A DNA stretch of 40,657 nucleotides, from the IMG/VR virus record IMGVR_UViG_3300042901_000476, positions 1 to 40,657 of that record; one strand, written 5' to 3'. Source of the DNA: a virus. Taxonomy: Duplodnaviria; Caudoviricetes. This document shows positions 1 to 10,800 of the stretch, piece by piece. The translations under genes and the position numbers were made by a program. Position 1 is the stretch's first letter, and each line of letters begins with the position of its first letter. Under the pieces are notes generated by a model. The model worked only from the letters and a program-made list of their open reading frames with translations. It ran no database searches and had not been told where the DNA came from.

Positions 1-1
1 A

Positions 2-3000
2 AGACAAGCAATATCAGCATCATCATTTGATACTAATAAGATTGCAAGTGGATTTGATTTGATATTAAATGTAATTGAAAACGGAACATCGGTTCTACCA
101 ACAATTATATCAAATACATCAGCAAGTATTAAGGTAACTAACACACCACAATTAATAAGTGGAAGTGCGGCTGGAAGATTGCAAGGTAAATTAATATCAG
201 CATCTTTATCTTTGGTAATTGATGTGTTATTAAGTAATGGTACAAGCTCAATTGGATTTAAACCATCAACATACCCGATAGCAAATTCAAATGCAAAGAT
301 AAATTCAGCATATAATCTATTGGTAAGTAACTCTAAATTTATAGTTGATGAAACTATTGCTTATATGAGTTCATCTTGGAGTGGATTTGATTATACACAA
401 AGTAAATGTGAAAGAGATTTGACAGGAATCCTTAGTGGTTCTGCATTTGACCTTTTATATGGTGGTAATTCCGCATCTTTATTTAATGGTAAGTTCTATT
501 TTGATTTCCCATCTCAAGCTACTGGTTCACAATTAGACCAAACAATTACCGCAATCAAATACGCAAGTGGATTGGCTGAAAAGGTTGTATTGAATACTCC
601 GTTTACACATATATCGGCATCAATTAACCAACCAACATCAGCATCTTGGAATTCATTAAGAAATAACAAAGCATTTATACAAAGTGAATCAATTGCTTAT
701 CTATCTTCTTCTTGGAGTAACTTTGATTATAACGAAACTACATGTAAGAGAGATATTGGATACATTATAGATGCAGTAGCAACGGATTTACTATATGGTG
801 GTAATGAGAGAAGTGTTGTAGCTGGAAGATACTATTATGATTTCCCATCTCAAGCTACAACCGCACAATTAGAACCAACATTGACTGGTGTAAGATATGC
901 AAAAGGAACGGCTATGAACGTAGTGGTTAATAAGCAGATATTTACAGCATCTTTGGAAGTTCAATACGCATACGATTTAATAAAAGCTAACAAACTATTC
1001 ATACAAAGTGAAAGTGTTGCATTTGTAAATGTTAAATACCCTAACTTAGATTATAGTGAAAGTAAATGTTATAGAGATTTAGGATATATCATCGATGGTG
1101 TAGCAACTGATTTATTATATGGTGGTAACGAAAGAAGTAGAGAGAATGCGGATTACTATTATCAGTTCCCATCTCAAGCTAATGGGTCTGGTTCGCAAGT
1201 TGTAGAAACGGTAGAAGCAATTAAGTACGCAGCTAGAATAACAACGGCATCTATTAGTAGTACATTAATACCAACGCCACAAATTATACCTAATACGTTG
1301 GCAAATATTAAAGTAACAAACGCTAACCAATATATTTCAGCATCATCGGCAACATCTACTGAAGCAACAATACTATCAGCATCAATTGCTATTGTAACAA
1401 ACATAATTGCTAACGGAACTGGTTCAGCAATAGTATCGGCATCATTGAGTTTACCAACTTCATCTTATACAACTCCGGTAAGTAATGATAATAGATGGAT
1501 TGCATACGGAATACTAAAAAATAATATTTCATTCATACAGGATGAAACTATTGCATATTTATCATCATCTTGGTCAACTGCATCTTACGATGAAAGTAAG
1601 TGTAGACGTGATGTGGGCTTGATTATAAGTGGGGCAGCTGAAGATTTAGTATTCAACTCAAATTCAGCATCAGTAGTAAATGGTAGATTTTATTATGACT
1701 ATCCATCACAAGCGCAAGGAGCTCAATTAAATCAAACTATTGATGGAATAAACTACGCAAGTAAGTTAGTACAAAAAGTAATTCAAAATGTAAATTATGT
1801 AACGGCATCAGCAGTTGTATCGGCATCATACGCATTGATAAGAAACAATAGACAGTTTATTCAAAATGAAACTATTGCGTATCTATCTTCTTCTTGGAGT
1901 ACGGCATCTTATGATGAAGTAACTTGTAAGAGAGATGTTGGTCATATCATAGATGCAGTTTCTACGGATTTATTATATGGTGGAAATGAAAGAAGTACAA
2001 ACGCTGGGGTATTCTATTACTTATATCCATCACAAGCGCAGGGTGCACAATTACAACCAACATTGACAGGTGTTAAATACGCAGGACAAACTTCTAAGAA
2101 TGTAGCTGCATCATTAACATTTGTTACAGCATCACAATTGGTATCAGCATCGGTTAATTTGTTGAGAAAAAATAGAGAGTTTATACAAAATGAAACACTA
2201 GCTTACTTAACTGCTAGCTGGAGTACATTTGAGTATGATAAAGATAAGTGTAAGAGAGATACTGGTTATATATTAGATGGCGTTACTACGGATTTATTAT
2301 ATGGTGGTAATGAGAGAACTGTATTGAATGGTAAATTCTATTACGAATATCCATCTTTAGCAATAGTTGAAGGTGATGGTGATGGTGTTGGACAATTAGG
2401 ACAAACAATTGATGGTATAAATTACGCAGGTAGAATAGCACAAAAGATTGCACAAAATATACAATTTGTAACTGCATCATTACAAGCATCAGCATCATTT
2501 GATTTATTAAGAAAGAATAAATCATTTGTGGCAGCTGAAACTATCGCTTATGTAAGTTCTTCTTGGAGTGGTGTATATTATAACGAAGCAACTTGTAAGA
2601 GAGATGTTGGATATCTAATAGATGCGGCAGCAACGGATGTATTATATGGTGGACAAGAAAGAAGTGTGATAGCAGGACAGTATTATTACTTATATCCTTC
2701 TAACGCAATCAATAAGGGTGTACCATCAACTCAAAATCAATTAGACCCAACTCTTACTGGTATTAGATATGCTGGAAAGTTATCTAAAAAAGTAGTAATC
2801 AATCCAACTTATTTAGAACCATCTGCATCTTTAATAACAACAGCAAAATTATTGACAGATAACAAAACGTTAATACAAAAAGAAACTATAACATTCTTAT
2901 CTTCTTCTTGGAGTAACTTAAAATACAATGAAGCAAGTTGTAGTAGAGATTTGGGATTTATCATAGATGCAATTAGAACTGACTTAGTTTATGGTGGTAA

Positions 3001-3796
3001 TGAGAGAAGTATTGAAGCAGGTTCATACTATTACAAATTCCCATCAGTAGCAATTGTGGAAAGTTATGGTGATAATAATGGACAAAAGAAACAAACGGTA
3101 GATGGTATTAACTTCGCAAGAGGATTATCAGAAAAGATAGTAGCAAATACTCTATTAACTTATTTAGCACCGTCTACTAAGAGAAGACAAGCAGCTGAAA
3201 GATTGAAAGCTGGTAAAGAAGAATTAAAACAAAGAGCAATTGGATACACAAATGGAGCTTTCCCATATTTAGTATATAATGAGGCAAGTTGTTCACGTGA
3301 TACTGGATTTATTGTAGATGCGTGTGTTACTGACTTATTGTATGGTGGAAACGAAAGAGGAATTAGAGCAGCATCTTCATACTACGATGGCCAATACGGA
3401 AGTGCGGTGGTGGTTACTAGAGACCAATTAGTGGAAACATTAGAAACTAATAGATATCTAAGAACTAGAGCAGAATTTATCGCAGCAGGAGCACCATTAG
3501 AATCATTTGGTTCTCTAATTGTGGCAACTGGTATTGACTACTCTTATAATGGTAGTGGTGTGACATTTAAAGCACTTCCTCCAAATCAGGGTGGTAGTGG
3601 TGTTCCAAATCCTGATTTTGAAATTACCGAATTGGGTGGAGGTAGAATCTTCTTCACATCGGGTAATCAGGATGGTGACTTTAGAATTGGTACGGGATTA
3701 AGTATTAATCAGGCAACTGGTACTCTTGTGGGTAGAACATTTAGTAAATCTCTATTCTCATTAGTAACTCCGTTCTCATTGGCACTACAAATATAA
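2..3796 (+). CDS. Large virion structural protein (5'-truncated) with nine ~108-117 aa helical repeats carrying a C-x-R-D...DLLYGGN motif (phycobiliprotein-like helix)
   Basis: Frame is open from nt 2, so TTG at 59 is probably not the true start. Repeat Cys codons lie at 407, 743, 1067, 1601, 1925, 2249, 2594, 2939 and 3290. The C-terminus (GGRIFFTSGNQDGDFRIGTGLSINQATGTLVGRTFSKSLF) resembles the ends of giant structural proteins of aquatic T4-like phages (recalled). Confidence 0.75.
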   Translation, partial: RQAISASSFDTNKIASGFDLILNVIENGTSVLPTIISNTSASIKVTNTPQLISGSAAGRLQGKLISASLSLVIDVLLSNGTSSIGFKPSTYPIANSNAKINSAYNLLVSNSKFIVDETIAYMSSSWSGFDYTQSKCERDLTGILSGSAFDLLYGGNSASLFNGKFYFDFPSQATGSQLDQTITAIKYASGLAEKVVLNTPFTHISASINQPTSASWNSLRNNKAFIQSESIAYLSSSWSNFDYNETTCKRDIGYIIDAVATDLLYGGNERSVVAGRYYYDFPSQATTAQLEPTLTGVRYAKGTAMNVVVNKQIFTASLEVQYAYDLIKANKLFIQSESVAFVNVKYPNLDYSESKCYRDLGYIIDGVATDLLYGGNERSRENADYYYQFPSQANGSGSQVVETVEAIKYAARITTASISSTLIPTPQIIPNTLANIKVTNANQYISASSATSTEATILSASIAIVTNIIANGTGSAIVSASLSLPTSSYTTPVSNDNRWIAYGILKNNISFIQDETIAYLSSSWSTASYDESKCRRDVGLIISGAAEDLVFNSNSASVVNGRFYYDYPSQAQGAQLNQTIDGINYASKLVQKVIQNVNYVTASAVVSASYALIRNNRQFIQNETIAYLSSSWSTASYDEVTCKRDVGHIIDAVSTDLLYGGNERSTNAGVFYYLYPSQAQGAQLQPTLTGVKYAGQTSKNVAASLTFVTASQLVSASVNLLRKNREFIQNETLAYLTASWSTFEYDKDKCKRDTGYILDGVTTDLLYGGNERTVLNGKFYYEYPSLAIVEGDGDGVGQLGQTIDGINYAGRIAQKIAQNIQFVTASLQASASFDLLRKNKSFVAAETIAYVSSSWSGVYYNEATCKRDVGYLIDAAATDVLYGGQERSVIAGQYYYLYPSNAINKGVPSTQNQLDPTLTGIRYAGKLSKKVVINPTYLEPSASLITTAKLLTDNKTLIQKETITFLSSSWSNLKYNEASCSRDLGFIIDAIRTDLVYGGNERSIEAGSYYYKFPSVAIVESYGDNNGQKKQTVDGINFARGLSEKIVANTLLTYLAPSTKRRQAAERLKAGKEELKQRAIGYTNGAFPYLVYNEASCSRDTGFIVDACVTDLLYGGNERGIRAASSYYDGQYGSAVVVTRDQLVETLETNRYLRTRAEFIAAGAPLESFGSLIVATGIDYSYNGSGVTFKALPPNQGGSGVPNPDFEITELGGGRIFFTSGNQDGDFRIGTGLSINQATGTLVGRTFSKSLFSLVTPFSLALQI
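350..3420 (+). repeat. Nine in-frame protein repeats, consensus FIQxETIAYLSSSWSxxxYxExxCxRDxGYIIDAVxTDLLYGGNERS
   Basis: Visible in the translation. Cys-to-Cys spacings are 336, 324, 534, 324, 324, 345, 345 and 351 nt. Confidence 0.95.
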
Positions 3797-3821
3797 AAAA
3801 GAAAATAAAAAATAAAAAGAA

Positions 3822-4739
3822 ATGGCAGAAGTTTTTATACCGTTAAATCGATTCCAGTCAGTTGTAACAGGACTGACTGGTGAACCTGATGAAATATATA
3901 CAACTCCGGTGGGGGTATCATCAATTGTGTTATCTTGTCAAATTACAAATAATAGTTTGGTAACACAACCTGTTACTATATTTGTAACATCAAATAAAGA
4001 AATACCTGTACCTCAATTTGGTAATGTATATAGTGGTAGTGGATTTGTAAGTTCTTCTGTATCTTTATCAAATTTTAGTGGTAGTTTTTCTAGCGCATCT
4101 TTATTATTAAATGCAAATAGACAATTTTTAAGAAAAGAAATAGCAGCATACACTCAAAATCAAAATAATTTATCAGAAACGCCATTTGTATTTATATCTG
4201 ATTACTTTGAGCAAAATACTTTAGATGATGTGGATGCAATCAAATATGATATTGCGAATAATACAACAATTAGAACAAACAAAGCAGCAAAAGCATACTT
4301 TGATAAAAATGGTAAATCTCTTATAGATTCAACTGAATACTCAGCATCTTTATTTGCTTTAGATTATTTAAAAGTATTATCTAATCAAATTATAAAAAAC
4401 CAATCAACAACTGGTTCGGCTGATTCACCATTGTTATTTCAAAGTGGTGTTACTCAATCTGTACTAACTGGATTTACAAATGGTACTGAAGCTGGAATAT
4501 CTGCATCTATATATCTTGTAAATTCTTTAGTGGATGTAATTAAAGAAACTATTGAAGCTCCTGTTTTTACTGAACAAGAAGCTGTAAGATTAGTTACTAA
4601 TGTTACAATACCACCAGCGGATTCGCTTTCTCCCGTAGTTTCTGGTAAATTAGTATTAGAAGAAACATACGGATTCATTGTTTCGGGCTCAACTGAATTA
4701 ACTGTAGTTCTTTCTTTGCTTGAAAGTGCGAATGAATAA
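3822..4739 (+). CDS. Putative virion adaptor/cap protein; paralog of 17814..18146 with an inserted degenerate helical repeat
   Basis: N-terminus IYTTPVGVSSIVLSCQITN and C-terminus IPPADSLSPVVSGKLVLEE...LSLLE match VYEAPIGSSATVIGVNVAN and IVPGSSNVLVGGEQKLVLES...VSVLE of the 110-aa protein. The middle (LLLNANRQFLRKEIAAY...DAIKYDI) resembles the upstream repeat. Confidence 0.6.
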   Translation: MAEVFIPLNRFQSVVTGLTGEPDEIYTTPVGVSSIVLSCQITNNSLVTQPVTIFVTSNKEIPVPQFGNVYSGSGFVSSSVSLSNFSGSFSSASLLLNANRQFLRKEIAAYTQNQNNLSETPFVFISDYFEQNTLDDVDAIKYDIANNTTIRTNKAAKAYFDKNGKSLIDSTEYSASLFALDYLKVLSNQIIKNQSTTGSADSPLLFQSGVTQSVLTGFTNGTEAGISASIYLVNSLVDVIKETIEAPVFTEQEAVRLVTNVTIPPADSLSPVVSGKLVLEETYGFIVSGSTELTVVLSLLESANE

Positions 4740-4758
4740 GTGATATTATCTTTGGGTA

Positions 4759-4787
4759 ATATTTATAAGGGATTCATTATATTTATA
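4759..4787 (+). promoter_or_regulatory. Two tandem ATATTTATA motifs (putative phage late promoter)
   Basis: ATATTTATA at 4759-4767 and 4779-4787 in the gap before the 3767-aa gene. The same motif recurs in other intergenic gaps. Confidence 0.6.
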
Positions 4788-4807
4788 AAAAAGCTGGAAA
4801 GTAAAGA

Positions 4808-7800
4808 ATGGCAATTAGTAATCTATTAACGGGTAGGGTAAGGGTAATTTCACCCAAAAATGTAACACAAGATAGGTATCAGTTTTTAGATTTATCTCAA
4901 GCTGAACCGAATTTAGGTGTCCCAAATTTCTCAGCATCTCTTTCTGGTTCTCCAGCTATTGTAGTTTCAGATGACCAAGGTAATAGAGGATTTGTAAGAA
5001 GTTTAGATTTAGATAGGGTAACTGGACAATTTACTGGTTCATTTACTGGTAGTGCCCAATCTTTAAGTGGTAGTTTTACTGGTTCTTTTACTGGTTCTTT
5101 TGGTGGAGATGGTTCACAATTATTTAATTTACCTGAAGCACGAATTATAGCAAGTGGTTCGGCAACGGCATCTTTTAAGCAAGGCGATTTAGTAATCAAT
5201 ACAAACACTAGAGTTCAAGGTGACCTTTATGTTGATGATACAATTTATGCAGAAACTATAATTGTAAGTTATATATCATCATCAATAATTTATTCATCGG
5301 GTTCAAATATTTTTGGTGATAGATATGATGATAGACAAGAATTTACTGGATCTGTATTAGTAAGTTCATCCATTATTGTAAATGATATAACTGCATCACA
5401 ATCAATTAGTAGTTCATTTACAGGTTCTTTCTTTGGAGATGGTAGAGATATATTTAATTTACCACAAGCTACAAGATTATCAACCGGTTCAATAACCGCA
5501 TCAGTAACACCTGAAGATGGATTTAGAGTACTTTCAATAGAGAAGGGTTCAACTTTTACAGGTTCCCTTTTTGTAAGTGGAAATATAACCATACCATCTG
5601 GTAGTGGTTTCTTTAGTGGTAGTGGTGAGGGATTATTTAACATCCCACTTTCGGCACTTAATATAGATTCATTAGTAGCAAATAAAATAGCAAGTGGTAG
5701 TGTAACGGCATCTGTTTCACCTGTATTTGGATTTAACGTAAACTCATTAGCAAGTGGTTCTACTTTTACTGGTTCACTTTTTGTAAGTGGAAACGTTGTA
5801 ATACCATCTGGTAGTGGTTTCTTTAGTGGTAGTGGTGAGGGATTATTTAATATACCATTATCAGCACTTAATATTGATTCGTTAGTATCAACTGAATTAG
5901 CTAGTGGTAGTGTAACCGCATCAGTATCACCTAATTTTGGATTTAAAGTAGAATCACAACAAAGTGGTTCTCAACTTAGTGGTTCGGTTAATATTAGTGG
6001 TAGTTTATTCGTATCACCATTTAGTGGTTCGATACAATTGGCATCTGGTTCATCTTATTATGGAGATGCTCAATTCCTAAGAAATATACCTCGTTCAGCA
6101 TTAACCGAAGATGCATTAATATCTACGGAAATAAAATCAGGTTCAGTAACCGCATCGGTTTCACCTGATTTTGGATTTAAAGTAGAAACTCCATTTACTG
6201 GTTCTCAATTTGGTTCTCAATTTACTGGAAGTATTGATGTTAGTGGAAGTGTAAAGGCATTCTCATTCATTGGAGATGGTTCTCAATTAACAAACGTACA
6301 AGCTGCAGTAGCTCCAAAAATAGAGTCTGGTTCAGTAACGGCATCAGTATCACCTAATTTTGGATTTAAGGTAGAATCTCAAACAAGTGGGTCCCAATTT
6401 ACGGGTTCTATTCAAATTAGTGGAAGTGTATTTATTCCGTCTGGTAGTGGTTTTTTTAGTGGTAGTGGTGAGGGGTTATTTAATATACCATTCACATCAT
6501 TTACAGGAGATGCTTTTAGAATAGCAAGTGGTAGTGTAACGGCATCAGTATCACCTAACTTTGGATTTATAGTTAAATCAGAAGAAAGTGGTTCTCAATT
6601 TACAGGTTCTCTTTTTGTAAGTGGGGGCAGGGGTATAGAATTGACCTCCGGTTCATCTTATTCTGGAAGTGGTGCAAGACTATTTGATATACCACGATCA
6701 GCACTTACTCCGGATGCACTCCTATCAAATTTAATAGCTAGTTCTAGTGTAACGGCATCCGTAACTTCCGATTTTGGATTTAGAGTACAATCCATAGAAA
6801 GTGGTTCGCAATTTACAGGTTCACTTTTTGTAAGTGGTGCTAGGGGTATTGAGATAGCATCGGGCTCATCTTACTCTGGTAGTGGTGCTAGATTATTTGA
6901 AATACCCATTAGTGCAATTGAAGATTTAGACCTTTCAAGAATTGGAAGTGGGTCTGTAACCGCATCAATTACACCAAATAATGGATTTAGAGTAAATTCG
7001 TTCTCAACCTTTACAGGTAGTATGCTTATATCAGCATCCGCAACGTATTTACCAACATCATCAATACAAACTGTATTTAATGTAACAAATAATGGTAGTA
7101 TTTCATACACTTTTGATGGAGCGGCTATTAATGCAAACCCAACATTATTTTTAGTAAGAAATGTAACTTATACATTCAACTTAAATGCAAGTGGCCACCC
7201 ATTTTATATAAAAACAATACCATCTACTGGAACTACAAATGTATATAATACAGGTGTAACTAATAATGGTGATGATAATGGTGTAATTTTATTCACACCA
7301 ACATCCGAAACACCGAATACTCTATATTATAATTGCCAATTCCATTCTTTGATGGGTGGAATAATCAATATAGTTGATGGAATTTTACAAAGAGGGCCCG
7401 ATGTTGTTATAACCGGTAGTTTAAATGTTAGCGAAATTGTTAGAGCTAGAGAATTTACTGGTTCATTTAGTGGTTCATTCTTTCAAGGAGATGGTTCTGG
7501 CTTGTTTAATATACCTCGTTCTGCATTAACTGAAGATTCATTTAGAATAGCAAGTGGAAGTATAACTGCATCGGTAACACCCCAATTTGGATTTAGAGTA
7601 GAATCTGCAACCGTTGGTTCTGAATTTACTGGTTCAATTGATGTAAGTGGTTCGGTAATTGCATCGGCTGTAGCGGCTGTATCAATGAGTGCATTCGATA
7701 TAAGCGGTTCATTTGTTGGTGATGGTAGTAGATTAACAAACATTATAATACCACCATTAGAGACAACGCAAATAGCTAGTGGTAGTGTAACAGCATCAGC

Positions 7801-10800
7801 TGAACCTGATAAAGGTTTTATAGTAAAATCAGCACAATTTGGTTCACAATTTACGGGTTCAATATTTGTAAGTGGCAGCAGAGGTATTGAATTAGTTTCT
7901 GGTTCATCTTACTCTGGAAGTGGTGCTAGATTATTTGATATCCCAAGAACAGCATTAGCACCAGATGCATTAGATACTAATAGAATTTTATCTGGGTCTG
8001 TAACCGCATCCGTAACACCTCAATTTGGATTTAGAGTAGAATCTACCGAAAGAGGTTCACAATTTAGTGGCTCTTTATTCCTAAGTGGTTCAGTATTTTT
8101 AAGAACAGGTTCATTTAGTGGTAGTGGTAGACAATTATTTGATATACCAATTGCTGCACTATCTGATTTAGATACATCAAAAATATTTAGTGGGTCTGTA
8201 ACTGCATCTGTATCTCCTAATTTTGGATTTGTAGTAACATCTGTTGCTAGTGGTTCTATATTTAGTGGAAGCTTGGTAGTAAGTGGTAGTTCTAACTTTA
8301 GAATGGGTGTATCAGCATCCGTATTTAGTGGTAGTGGTGCTGGTTTAACCGATATTCCATTTTCTGCACTTTCTCAAGAATTATTTAGAATTGCAAGTGG
8401 AAGTGTAACTGCTTCCGCATTAGCTGATAGAGGATTTGTTGTTGAATCGGTAGCTAGTGGTTCAAGAATTACTGGTAGTGTTGCAATTACAGGAAGTTTA
8501 AGAGTAACTGCAACATCTGGTTCTTTAATATTAGATTCATCATCTGCGTATTTTGGTGAAGGTACTTATTTAAGAAATATTCCTAGAAATGCTCTTAGTG
8601 AAGATGCATTAATATCAACTGAAATCAAATCGGGTTCGGTAACGGCATCGGTATCACCTAATTTTGGATTCATAGTAAAATCTGCCGAAAGTGGTTCTGA
8701 ATTTACTGGTTCGGTTGATGTAAGTGGAAGTGTGACCGTAAAAAGTGGTTCATTCTTTGTAGGTGATGGTAGATTCCTTAACAATATTACACTTGCCAAT
8801 TTAGCAATTGATTCAACAAAAATATTTAGTGGAAGTGCAACGGCATCTATTTCACCAACCGAAGGATTTGAGGTAAATACTCACTCTAGATTTGATGGTA
8901 GTTTTATTGTATCTTCGTCTGGAAGACCTACTCCTTCTTATTTAATAGATAATGTATTTTTAGTAACAAACGATGGAAGTAGTGCTTATAATATAAGTAA
9001 TGCATTAGTAAGTGGTTCAAATCCAACAATAACTTTAGTAAAAGGTGTAACTTATACATTTAATGTAAATGCAAGTGGACATCCGTTTTGGATTAAAACT
9101 ATAAATTCTACTGGAACTGGTAATGCATATAATAGTGGTATAACTAATAATGGAGATGATAGTGGTTTAATTATTTTTACACCACCATTAGATGCTCCTG
9201 ATACTTTGTATTATAATTGCCAATTACATGGTTCTATGGGTGGGGTGATTAATTTATTGAATGAATTAACTATTCCTGCTGAAATTAAATTTATTGGTAA
9301 TACTAAAATAGAAGGTAATTTAACTGCATCTATGTTTAGTGGTAGTGGTAGAGGATTATTTGATATACCTCGTTCTGCTATAACAGAAGATTCAGTTAGA
9401 ATAGCAAGTGGTAGTGCTACCGCATCAATTGCACCTGATACTGGATTTATTGTAATTACTCCATTCACATCATCATTTGGTGAGGATGGTTCATTTACCG
9501 CATCAATAGCATCTAAATTTACTGGTTCAATTTCTGTATCTGGTAGTTTATTTGTGAATGATATTAGTGGTGGTTTATTTATAAATTCTTCTTCGTTCTT
9601 ATACGCTGATGGTACATTTCTTAGAAGAATACCCCGTTCAGCATTAACCGAAGATGCATTAATTAGTACGGAAATTAAATCAGGTTCAGTAACCGCATCA
9701 GTTTCACCTAATTTTGGATTTGTTGTAACTTCTCCATTTACATCTTCTTTAGGTGAAAATGGCGTATTTACAGCATCAATAGCATCTAAATTTACTGGTT
9801 CAATTTCTGTATCTGGTAGTTTATTTGTAAATGATACAAGTGGTGGTTTATTTATAGAATCATCATCATTCATTTATGCAGAAGGTACATTTTTAAGAAA
9901 CATACCTCGTTCAGCATTAACGGAAGATGCATTATTATCATCATTTATTGTATCTGGTTCGATAACAGCATCTGTAACACCTGATGAGGGATTTAAAGTT
10001 ATTACTGATAGAACTGGTTCTCAATTAGGTTCTCAATTTACTGGTTCAATTGAAGTTAGTGGAAGTATTAGAGCAACTGATTTCTTATTTGGTGATGGCA
10101 GATTTATAACAAACGTACAAGCTGCAGCAGCACCTTTAATAGCAAGTGGGTCAGCAACAGCATCGGTACAAAGTGGAAATAAATTAATAATAACAACCGG
10201 AGCAACTGGTTCTGGAATTGGTTCTGAATTTACTGGTTCGATTAGTGTTAGTGGTTCACTCTACGCATCAGATTTTATATTTGGTGATGGTAGATTTATT
10301 ACTAATGTACAAGCGGCAGCAGCACCTTTAATAGCAAGTGGTTCTGCAACAGCATCGGTTCAGAGTGGAAATACTTTTATAGTAACAACATCAGCAACTG
10401 GTTCAGCTATTGGTTCTAGATTCACTGGAAGTATTGATGTAAGTGGTAGTGTAAAAGCATTTACATTTATAGGAGATGGTTCTCAATTAACAAATGTACA
10501 AGCAGCAGCATCACCTTTAATAGCTAGTGGTTCTGCAACAGCATCGGTAGCAAATGGACAACAATTTATTGTAACAACTGCACCATTGTCTGGTTCATAT
10601 CAATCTCAATTCACATCATCCGTAGCAATTAGTGGTTCAATTACCGCATCTATTTATTTTGGTGATGGTGGTGGTTTATTCAATATCCCACCCGATGCGA
10701 TTGAAAACTTAGAATTAAATAAAATTAACTCTGGGTCTGGTATAGCAATTATTGACCCAACTAAATTAAATGTAAACGTACCAATAACTGCGGCAAGATA

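Noticed and set aside
59-61. TTG at 59 as the start of the first gene
   Set aside because: The frame is open back to nt 2 with similar sequence character, so the gene most likely begins upstream of the window.
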